Positions 9,281 to 17,395 of a stretch of 64,000 bases of DNA are shown piece by piece (the stretch's first letter is position 1; the number at the start of each line of letters is the position of its first letter). Below the pieces are notes generated by a model, which was not told the DNA's origin, made no database searches, and saw nothing but the letters and a program-made list of their open reading frames with translations. The position numbers were made by a program, and so were the translations under genes. The stretch is from Candidatus Obscuribacteraceae bacterium (GTDB lineage Bacteria > Cyanobacteriota > Vampirovibrionia > Obscuribacterales > Obscuribacteraceae): the NCBI GenBank assembly GCA_044226015.1, contig JBGAHS010000002.1, forward strand, positions 561,571 through 625,570. Reading direction: 5' to 3'.

Positions 9281-10573
9281 TCATGCTTTTGCAACTGGAA
9301 GCTCATCCCATGATGTTGTATACGAAGGTGTCTTATGCTCAGCCTTCATCTTCCATTCTTGCTTGCTGCCCTCTACAGCCAATCTCAATGCACTGCGCCC
9401 CATGGTGGCATTTGTAGCGTCAATCAATTGCATTAGCTTCTGCGATTTTGCAACTTTTTCGGTTGCTGTAAAAAGCTGCAATTGCCGAGCATCAGCTGGC
9501 GACAAGTCCATCAATGTGACACCAGCTTTCTGATATCCGTAATTGGGCTTGAAGATTTTTCGCAATGCGGTGAGCGCCGCTGTAGTGATCGCTAATGAGT
9601 CATCACTTGGATCCTGCAATTTCACTGTTGCTGATTGACTGTGCTGAGGCTGAGTTATTGCATGTGTATTCGTGCGTATAAACACTTGTACGACGCTAGT
9701 CAGTGATCCGTCGGCTCTGAGCTTTTCCGAGGCGCGGCGCGCATAGCTGGCAACGGCTTCCTCCAATTCACTCAAATCGTGGATATGACGTCCAAATGAG
9801 CGCGAACAAACTATCTGTTGACGAGGCGCTGCAACTTCATCGAGCGACAAGCAAGACTCGCCACGCAACTCAAGTACGGTTCTCTTCACAATGACGGAGA
9901 ATCGTTTTTGCATATCGTCGGGACAACTATTTTTCAATTGAAGTGCAGTGCTCACCCCAACGTCAAGCAGCTTATCATTGAGCTTTCGTCCGATTCCCCA
10001 CACATACCCAACCGGGAACTTCTGCAAGGTTCTGTCGAGATCTTCAGAAGCGAGCCTGTCAAAATCAAAAACACCATCGCTTTTTGAACTAAGCTTTGCT
10101 GCCTGATTCGCCAATTTTGCCAGTGTTTTGCTGGCTCCAATTCCGACGCAAACCGGCAGACCAAGACATTGTTTGACAGCCAGACGAATTTCTTTTCCAA
10201 GCTCTATCGAATCAGAAACTCCTGTGAAGTCTAGAAAGGATTCATCGATAGAATAAATTTCTTGATGGGGGCTAAACTTGCTCAGAATGCTCACAACTCG
10301 CTCAGACATATCGCCATAGAGCGCATAATTTGAAGATAACGCAATGATGGTATGTTGTTTCACAAGATCAGCAATCTGATAGAACGGAACTCCCATTTTT
10401 ACGCCGAGCGCTTTCGCTTCATTCGAACGCGCAACTACGCAACCATCGTTGTTAGAAAGCACTACAACCGGCTTGTCCTGCAGTTTTGGATTGAAAACTC
10501 TCTCACATGAGACATAGAAGTTATTGCAATCGACCAGCGCGAATTTGGAACCTTGCGAATTACTAGAGTGCAT
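9281..10573 (-). CDS. umuC: DNA polymerase V catalytic subunit (Y-family)
   Basis: [37 protein letters not shown], and C-terminal W.MK....TPSYTT.W.ELP. Confidence 0.95.
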   Translation of the reverse strand: MHSSNSQGSKFALVDCNNFYVSCERVFNPKLQDKPVVVLSNNDGCVVARSNEAKALGVKMGVPFYQIADLVKQHTIIALSSNYALYGDMSERVVSILSKFSPHQEIYSIDESFLDFTGVSDSIELGKEIRLAVKQCLGLPVCVGIGASKTLAKLANQAAKLSSKSDGVFDFDRLASEDLDRTLQKFPVGYVWGIGRKLNDKLLDVGVSTALQLKNSCPDDMQKRFSVIVKRTVLELRGESCLSLDEVAAPRQQIVCSRSFGRHIHDLSELEEAVASYARRASEKLRADGSLTSVVQVFIRTNTHAITQPQHSQSATVKLQDPSDDSLAITTAALTALRKIFKPNYGYQKAGVTLMDLSPADARQLQLFTATEKVAKSQKLMQLIDATNATMGRSALRLAVEGSKQEWKMKAEHKTPSYTTSWDELPVAKA

Positions 10574-10964
10574 GAATCACCCAGGTCACTACACCCCAGA
10601 CCTGAAAGTCCATTTCGCTTGTTACTTCGATTGGCTTATAGTTTTCGTTCTCTGCTACTAGCAAAACCTTGGCGTCCTTTTTCACAAATCGCTTTACGGT
10701 AAACTCACCATCAATGACAGCGACAACAACCTTCTGATTTGTAGGCGTTAAGGAACGATCAACAACAAGCAAGTCTCCATTATGAATGCCAGCTCCTAGC
10801 ATTGAATCACCTTCAACACGCATGAAAAATGTCGCTTCGCGATGCTGAATCAAATGTTCATTCAGATCTAATCGCTGCTCAAGATGGTCGCCAGCGGGGC
10901 TTGGAAATCCAGCTGAGACTGAAGACGAGAGCAGCCATGAAAATTTGGAAGAAGAATCTGACAC
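10563..10964 (-). CDS. umuD: DNA polymerase V accessory subunit (S24 peptidase)
   Basis: VSAGFPSPA cleavage site, GDSM Ser, FTVKR Lys, VWGVV. Overlaps the umuC start. Confidence 0.93.
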   Translation of the reverse strand: MSDSSSKFSWLLSSSVSAGFPSPAGDHLEQRLDLNEHLIQHREATFFMRVEGDSMLGAGIHNGDLLVVDRSLTPTNQKVVVAVIDGEFTVKRFVKKDAKVLLVAENENYKPIEVTSEMDFQVWGVVTWVIHAL

Positions 10965-11384
10965 GGAATTTTCTATCTAAAATATTGTTTGGCATGGTAG
11001 CAAATTTAGCGAGATACTGTCCAGTTCAAACCAGCGAGCTTTCAGCTTGCGACGAACCTGAATCTCAGTTGAAAGAAATGCACTGCAGCTCAGACTTTAA
11101 GGTTTTTCCGGTATAACCTTTTAAAATTTGACTGCGACATTTCCGTAACTGCTAAAACACCAGTATTTTTGCTGCACAGCTCGAACTTTGATCTCTGGAA
11201 CCGTTATCGCCCGCCGACAAGCACATAAACATAACAGCAACATGCAGCCAGCTACCCAAGCTGCGAGAAGCTGCAAACACTCATGCCATCGACCATAACC
11301 ATAGGCTCGGATTAATACATCGCAACCTTGCCAAGAAGAAGGCGAAGCGTGTATAGTCTTCATGGGTTAGGATATCGGTTGCTT

Positions 11385-12413
11385 ATGAGAGCAAGTTTAT
11401 TAGCGATAGTGTTATCGTGCAGCATAGTCATGGCAGTATCGCCTGCGGTGCTCTCATCGTCTATGCAGACTGCGCCTGCGGTGCGTCCGCAACACTACGG
11501 CAGCCCTTTCACTTCGCAAACTTCTGACGGCACTCAGCGCGACTACGACGCCTATGCTTCACAACTGAATGATGCAGCTTACCAACTAATTAAGCAAGGC
11601 AACTATACTGAGGCGGAGGGGCGCTTGCGTCAGGCTATTGCGTTTGAGCCAAATTTTGTCAACGCACATTGCAACTTGGGCTTTGTTCTGAACAAAACAG
11701 GCCGAGCTAGCGAAGCCTTGCCACACCTTCAGTTTGCTTACCGCCTTGCACCAAATGAGCCCGCAATTCTGGAAAGCCTTGCCGCAGCTTACCAACTGCG
11801 AGGAAATCTAAAATCGGCAATTGATGCCTACAATCAGTATCTCTATCAATTTCCTACAGCGCCGGACGCACAATTCATTCACGATATGGTCACCCATCTC
11901 AGGATGGAAGTCGCACAAAATTCCATCGCTGGAGCCCCTAACGATTTCAACTGGAAAAAGAGACACATCAACGTCTACATTGCACCGGCTGATGGAGTTG
12001 CAGGTTTTCAACCAGAGTTCAATGATATCCTCAAGAGTTGTTTTGCAAGTTGGGCCGAAGCAGGTGTAATTTCGTTTGCATTGGTTCCAACAGCTGAAGA
12101 ATCCGACATAGAATGCGCGTGGACTGATGACGTGAGCAAACTATCTTCTGTGGGCGAAGAAGGCGAAACCACTTTCAAGAAAAGCAATGGCGCAATTTCG
12201 CATGCAAAAATCACCCTGCTGACCATTCGCAAAGGTTTGCAACCAGCACTCAGCGACCGTGATGTGCGAGCACTATGCCTGCACGAGATCGGTCACTCCC
12301 TTGGTTTAGTTAAACACAATAGCAATCCAGATTCTGTGATGTTTTGTACACTGGCTTCCTCAAAAGACCCAAGCCTGAGCGACCTGCAAAACCTCAGAGC
12401 ACTTTATCAATGA
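11385..12413 (+). CDS. secreted TPR plus matrixin-like (metzincin) metalloprotease
   Basis: Signal peptide from ATG 11385, about 3 TPRs, HEIGHSLGLVKH zinc motif and SVMF Met-turn. Confidence 0.85.
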   Translation: MRASLLAIVLSCSIVMAVSPAVLSSSMQTAPAVRPQHYGSPFTSQTSDGTQRDYDAYASQLNDAAYQLIKQGNYTEAEGRLRQAIAFEPNFVNAHCNLGFVLNKTGRASEALPHLQFAYRLAPNEPAILESLAAAYQLRGNLKSAIDAYNQYLYQFPTAPDAQFIHDMVTHLRMEVAQNSIAGAPNDFNWKKRHINVYIAPADGVAGFQPEFNDILKSCFASWAEAGVISFALVPTAEESDIECAWTDDVSKLSSVGEEGETTFKKSNGAISHAKITLLTIRKGLQPALSDRDVRALCLHEIGHSLGLVKHNSNPDSVMFCTLASSKDPSLSDLQNLRALYQ

Positions 12414-12632
12414 TTGAACATGGCCGTCCCACTGTAAGCCAAAGATCTTTAGCCAATTGGGTTTGAAACTTCTCGACATTTATACGCAGAAGAAGCAGGA
12501 ACTGCAATTTTAAAGCACCATAATCGGCCAGGCAAATGCGTGGGGATTCTACGCTCCCCAAAAGAACAATTGCACGTTTCTTGCACGCAATAACAGCTTT
12601 CATCAATTATGGCTTAGAGCGAGGACCTGACA

Positions 12633-12875
12633 ATGCTAGATAAGAGTGTTCCGATTCCAAAATTTGTAGACGGCAAAACCGATGAGCGTGTTGGAACAGA
12701 TGAGGAACGTGCGACCTGCGATCAAATAATCGACGAGGTGATGAAACTCTGGCACAAAGGTAATCACGACTTGGATAGCCGAGCCTACGACAGCGTGCAT
12801 ACGAAATGGGATCAGAATAAATGCCACGAGCTGGAGGGCTTTCCTCCTTTCGGCAAGATTCCAAAAGGCTCATAA
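12633..12875 (+). CDS. small hypothetical protein (80 aa)
   Basis: GAGG upstream of ATG, protein-like composition, and a hairpin shortly downstream (about 12909-12935). Confidence 0.45.
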   Translation: MLDKSVPIPKFVDGKTDERVGTDEERATCDQIIDEVMKLWHKGNHDLDSRAYDSVHTKWDQNKCHELEGFPPFGKIPKGS

Positions 12876-13175
12876 CTTTCATCCCACGATCAAATCAACT
12901 TCAAGCAGATGGCGAACGTGAAACCGTTCGTCATTCGCTTTCTGCCTTGCATACGCGAACAACCAGGTTCTGAATCGCGCTAGCAATCTATTGACGGAAA
13001 ACGACATTCTCCGGCATCCCCTTTTTGCCCTTCCACGCCAAGCAAAACCTCCGCCTGAAGACGGATTGCGTCTGGACTAAAAACCAACACCACTCACCTA
13101 TTTTGACTATTTTCCGACATTCAGTCTAATGCTAAGCTCAAAGTGTTGGCTGCAAATCAAACACTGGATGGACTG

Positions 13176-13736
13176 ATGAGAGTTTTAGCTCGCAGAGCCA
13201 TCGTCCTTTTGCCGGTTTACATCCTTTTGGCAAACACGGCAAGTGCGATAGCTCAAACCACCGTTACGTGTCCTGTCAATGTAACTGTTCCATCAGTTGT
13301 CCGATTGACTGGTTCAGACAACATCACCACAACACAAAACCTGGTTATAGATCAAACCTCAATTAGTTTTGACACAAATCTAACAGCAACAGGAGAGGCA
13401 TCTGTCGTGTGGAAAGGAAATACAAATTCGAATGCTGGCTTTCAGGTAACCGTTCAGCGTAGCAGCCTCACAGGCACAGCAAGTGCTGCACTTCAATCTG
13501 ATCTAAGCGTCTACGGAGAGAGTTCTCCTGGTGGAGATAACGATGTTCTTATGCTCGGATCGTACGCAAGCGGAAAGAGTTTAACTGCGGTAAGTGATGC
13601 AATGCCCGAACCTTTTTGCAGTACGAACAAGGCCGGCAGCGCGATGTTCAAGGTCGGCGTCAGACTGAATGCTGCTGCGGCACACGGCAAGGGAACTGTG
13701 AACACGGTGCTCACATTTGTGGCTGCGGCTTTATAA
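13176..13736 (+). CDS. secreted pilin-like subunit, paralog 1
   Basis: Signal peptide, TVTCPVNVTVPSVV N-terminal strand, WKGNTNSNAGF, FCST, C-terminal GTVNTVLTFVAAAL shared with the 15792 and 20640 ORFs. Confidence 0.65.
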   Translation: MRVLARRAIVLLPVYILLANTASAIAQTTVTCPVNVTVPSVVRLTGSDNITTTQNLVIDQTSISFDTNLTATGEASVVWKGNTNSNAGFQVTVQRSSLTGTASAALQSDLSVYGESSPGGDNDVLMLGSYASGKSLTAVSDAMPEPFCSTNKAGSAMFKVGVRLNAAAAHGKGTVNTVLTFVAAAL

Positions 13737-13831
13737 ATATTCGGAATACTCAAACATAGTTCACATAGGAGTTGTAATTTCACAGAGGAAGCTCGGTTGT
13801 TCAAAAGCAGAAGACAAATGGAGAACAAGCT

Positions 13832-14491
13832 ATGGATGCTCAAGCCAAAATTTGCGTTTATATTGTTGAAGATCAGGATCTTCTGAGAACAGGATTGCAG
13901 CTAGCTCTCGCCCGTTTCGAGAATATAGAAATTGTTGGCTCAGCCGCCGACGGATTGACAGCAGTCCATCAAGCCGTACAGCTGAACCCAGACATTGTAT
14001 TGATGGATCTGAGCTTGCCTACACTGGGAGGGTTAGAAGCAACAGCTATGATGAGAGAAGCCTGCCCAAATGCGAAAATAATCATACTTTCTGGGCACGA
14101 AGATGACGAAAATCTTTTCGCTTCATTGTCTTCAGGTGCATCCGGATATTGCCTGAAATCTGCATCTCACAAAAAGCTAAAACTAGCGATTGAATCAGTT
14201 ATGGCTGGTGCTCTTTGGATTGATGAAAAAATAGCGAACCATATCGTCAACTGCGTCAGCGAAAAAAAAATAAAAATAAACCTTGGAACTTTGTGTAAGG
14301 TAACCTTATCACCTAGAGAGAAAGATGTCCTTCAGGGGCTAACCTCAGGATTTAGCAACAAAGAAATTGCTCGCAACCTGAGCATTAGTAATTCGACCGT
14401 TAGAACTCACATAAGCAATATTGCAGAAAAGTTAGACGTCTCAGGACGCACTGAAATTGCACTTACAGCGCTGAAATTTGGCATGGTCTAA
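13832..14491 (+). CDS. NarL/FixJ-family response regulator (REC plus LuxR HTH)
   Basis: IVEDQ, LMDLSLP phosphoacceptor Asp, GYCLK, LSPREKDVL..L..GFSNKEIA..L.IS..TVRTH. Confidence 0.93.
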   Translation: MDAQAKICVYIVEDQDLLRTGLQLALARFENIEIVGSAADGLTAVHQAVQLNPDIVLMDLSLPTLGGLEATAMMREACPNAKIIILSGHEDDENLFASLSSGASGYCLKSASHKKLKLAIESVMAGALWIDEKIANHIVNCVSEKKIKINLGTLCKVTLSPREKDVLQGLTSGFSNKEIARNLSISNSTVRTHISNIAEKLDVSGRTEIALTALKFGMV

Positions 14492-14507
14492 AAAGGGGAA
14501 AAGAACA

Positions 14508-15374
14508 ATGAAAATTAAACTCAGGCTCGCCTGCGTTGCTACCGCACTGCTTTCATTTGTCACGAGCAACGTCCATGCATGGACACTCACTCCAATGAAA
14601 TTATCACGCACGCTGAAACCAGGAGAGAGTTTCACAGATATACTTGTTATCGATAACTCCGGTTCATCAAAAAGCAAACGTTTTGAGATGAAAATCATAG
14701 ATTGGACCCTAGACCGAAATGGCGGTCTTATTTACAGCGAACCAGGAGCAATCAAAGAGTCATTTGCAAGCGGTATTCTCTGTTCGCCTATGCAATTTAA
14801 GTGTGAGCCCGGTGAACGAAAGGTTGTGCGCTATACTCTGACAATTCCGAAAGATGCAAGCACTGGTGAGCATACTGTTGGAATACAAGCTCTCGAAGTA
14901 GTGATTCCAGGCAGGGATGATGCAAGTGGAAAAATAAATGTTGGCGTGGCAGTAAAATGTGGCTTTCTTTGCGCAATGAGCATAAATGTCCCAACCTTGA
15001 ACAATAAGCCAACAGAACCGGTTTCACTTCAATATGTTCCGTCGGACAAGAAGCATTCTGCAGCGATCGATTTGTTGGTGAAGAATGAAGCAAATGGCCG
15101 AGTCCGACCATCTTGGTCATTTTTCCTGACCGATAGCAATGGGAAAAGAGTATATGAGCAACCCAATGAAGATTATTTGATTTTGCGTGAAACTGAGCGG
15201 GTAATTTCATGCCCACTCAAGGCGACTCTAACTCCCGGCAAATACAAGCTTACAGGCAAATTTGACCAGGGAGTATCTTTTCCAGTTCAGGAGCTAGAGA
15301 AGGAAATCGAAGTTAACAAAATGGAAACCTACACACCAGAGATAGCAAGTTCAACCGGGCAAGCTAAGAACTAA
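14508..15374 (+). CDS. periplasmic fimbrial chaperone-like protein, paralog 1
   Basis: Signal peptide ending VHA, WTLTPMKL...LKPGES....V.N, P.QF...PGE.K.VRY; beta-rich two-domain pattern resembling PapD-like/DUF916-like proteins. SD GGGG upstream of ATG 14508. Confidence 0.6.
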   Translation: MKIKLRLACVATALLSFVTSNVHAWTLTPMKLSRTLKPGESFTDILVIDNSGSSKSKRFEMKIIDWTLDRNGGLIYSEPGAIKESFASGILCSPMQFKCEPGERKVVRYTLTIPKDASTGEHTVGIQALEVVIPGRDDASGKINVGVAVKCGFLCAMSINVPTLNNKPTEPVSLQYVPSDKKHSAAIDLLVKNEANGRVRPSWSFFLTDSNGKRVYEQPNEDYLILRETERVISCPLKATLTPGKYKLTGKFDQGVSFPVQELEKEIEVNKMETYTPEIASSTGQAKN

Positions 15375-15412
15375 AGCAAACCTGTATACGAATAATCAGT
15401 TGTTAACCAGAG

Positions 15413-15447
15413 AGAGGCGTTCGATCAGTCGAACGCCTCTTCTCTTT
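15413..15447 (+). terminator. intrinsic terminator-like hairpin after chaperone paralog 1
   Basis: AGAGGCGTTCGA-tcag-TCGAACGCCTCT 12-bp stem followed by TCTCTTT. Confidence 0.7.
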
Positions 15448-15791
15448 GCATACATAGCCTGCAGGCACCCGAAGCGGAATAGGCTGCGCATCAGCTCCAG
15501 CAGAGGTACAACTCCGCAAAGCTACCGACCTGGCTAGACGCGAGTCCAAGAGGCATAGCCACTATGCGTAATACCAATTGAGCACAATGTGGATAAACAA
15601 AAAGGGCAGCGCAAGAGATACTAAAGACATGAAGCGAAGGGGCACGCAATCGAACGAAAAGCGGTCCAGAGAAAGTCAAAAAAAAGAAAGAAAGTCAAAT
15701 CGACTAATCAACAAAATAATAGACGAACTCTGGACCTAGCCCCACAAACCCTAACTATATAACTAAAATTCCAGATAAAGAGGTGTTGACC

Positions 15792-16355
15792 ATGAAGATG
15801 ATGAATTCCACAGCAATTAAGTTCGCAGCGGCTCTCGGTTTATTCGCAATTCTCTGCCCAGGTGTTATAGCCGCGAACACTGTTACAGCGAATGTCGATG
15901 TCAACGTTCCTTCAGTAGTTAGCCTCAGTGGAACTGATGGGGTTACAACAAGCCAGAACCTAACTTTGAACCAGGGCAACATAGCATTCGACACTGCGCT
16001 TAATGCTAGTGGCAACGTCGCAATCACATGGAGAGGCAACACGAATTCAAATAAAGGCTTCAAAGTGACGATTCAACGCTCGGCAATTTCTGGCAACGGT
16101 TCAGACGCATTACAGAAAGCTCTCACCATCGCAGGAGCCCCTGCACCTGGTGGAGACAATTCTGCAAATATACTTGGCAGCTACACAAGCGGCGTAGCAC
16201 TACCTGCGATTCCAGACAGCAAGCCAGACGACTTCTGCTCTACAGGTTCAGCAGGAAGCGCAAACTTCAATGTTCAACTAGGACTCAACGCGCCGTCCTC
16301 GGCTGGACAAGGAACAGTCAATACAGTGCTCACGTTCGTCGCAGCAGCCCTCTAG
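15792..16355 (+). CDS. secreted pilin-like subunit, paralog 2 (likely major subunit)
   Basis: SD GAGGTG, signal peptide, TVTANVDVNVPSVV, WRGNTNSNKGF, FCST, GTVNTVLTFVAAAL. Followed by a hairpin. Confidence 0.7.
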   Translation: MKMMNSTAIKFAAALGLFAILCPGVIAANTVTANVDVNVPSVVSLSGTDGVTTSQNLTLNQGNIAFDTALNASGNVAITWRGNTNSNKGFKVTIQRSAISGNGSDALQKALTIAGAPAPGGDNSANILGSYTSGVALPAIPDSKPDDFCSTGSAGSANFNVQLGLNAPSSAGQGTVNTVLTFVAAAL

Positions 16356-16384
16356 ACCCCCCCACCCCATAACAAATGCCAACT

Positions 16385-16414
16385 AAGAACGCAGGATTAG
16401 TCCTGCGTTCTTTT
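16385..16414 (+). terminator. intra-operon terminator/stabilising hairpin after pilin paralog 2
   Basis: AAGAACGCAGGA-ttag-TCCTGCGTTCTT plus TT. Confidence 0.7.
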
Positions 16415-16463
16415 CACTCTTATTGCGGATACCATTTCAACAAAGAAGAGGAGACAATAATCC

Positions 16464-17390
16464 GTGTCAGCAGGAGACCCCTTGGCAGCAATGTACCTTC
16501 AGGCATTTACACTTTTTGTACTCTTAGCTATGAGCTGCAATGCGGCCACGGCATGGACATTGACTCCAATGAAGCTAGAGCGAAAACTAAAACCTGGGGA
16601 GAGCATGACAGACGTCCTCGTTATTGACAACTCCGGGACTGCCGAAACAAAGAGGTTTGAGATTAAACCAGTTGACTGGGCACTGGACGCAAATGGCGAC
16701 TTGACCTACAGTGAGCCAGGCGATTTAGCTCATTCACTTTCAGCACATATTATTTGCACACCCATGCAGTTTAAGTGCGCTCCGGGTGAGCGAAAGTTGA
16801 TTCGATACACACTTAGCGTTCCTAATGACATTCCGGTTGGCGAACATTGCCTGGGACTTCAGGCGCTAGAAGTAGTTATGCCAACAAAAGATAATTCAAC
16901 GGGAAGAATCAACGTCGGCGTAGCCGTCAAATGCGGATTTCTCTGCGCAATGAGCATTCTGACAGATAAGATTGCACCCAAAGCCCTAGAACCAGAGACT
17001 TTAAATTACTCACCAATAAACAATTCAATTGTCTTGGAGATCAAAAATCCTGCTAACGTGCGCTCCCGACCATTCTGGACTTTCAAGTTGATTAACGATA
17101 AGGGGATAGTAATTGAAGAATCAGCAGTGGCAGACTTTCTGATTTTGCGTGAGTCAAAGAGAACAATAACCATACCGTTAAAAACGACCCTGGCTGCGGG
17201 ACAATACAAACTTTTAGGTAAGCTAGATCAAGGAATGAGTTTTCCTGTTCAGGAATTAGAAAAGGACTTTGCGGTTTCAAAAGAAGGCAAGCAAACAAAG
17301 AATACAAGCGATACTGCCAACACTAGCTCCAAAGAACTTTATCTGCCAAATAATGGTCCTAAAGAAGAAGCAAAATTGAAGGAACCTTAA
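16464..17390 (+). CDS. periplasmic fimbrial chaperone-like protein, paralog 2
   Basis: Clear paralog of 14508-15374 (WTLTPMKL, PMQFKC.PGERK, INVGVAVKCGFLCAMSI, DQG.SFPVQELEK). Start is either GTG 16464 (SD GAGGAG) or ATG 16491. Confidence 0.6.
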   Translation: MSAGDPLAAMYLQAFTLFVLLAMSCNAATAWTLTPMKLERKLKPGESMTDVLVIDNSGTAETKRFEIKPVDWALDANGDLTYSEPGDLAHSLSAHIICTPMQFKCAPGERKLIRYTLSVPNDIPVGEHCLGLQALEVVMPTKDNSTGRINVGVAVKCGFLCAMSILTDKIAPKALEPETLNYSPINNSIVLEIKNPANVRSRPFWTFKLINDKGIVIEESAVADFLILRESKRTITIPLKTTLAAGQYKLLGKLDQGMSFPVQELEKDFAVSKEGKQTKNTSDTANTSSKELYLPNNGPKEEAKLKEP

Positions 17391-17395
17391 TCGCA

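Noticed and set aside
860..10964. integrated mobile element carrying SIR2 and umuDC
   Set aside because: No integrase, transposase, tRNA or flanking direct repeats seen; the intervening genes look chromosomal.
13036..13080. riboswitch-like GCAAAACCTCCG upstream of pilin 1
   Set aside because: No supporting paired elements found by eye.
15495..15565. c-di-GMP-I riboswitch upstream of pilin 2 (CGCAAAGCTACCGACCT)
   Set aside because: Only the GCAAAGC-like segment matches; the preceding GGCAAACC stem with a GNRA tetraloop is not visible. An Infernal/Rfam scan would settle it.
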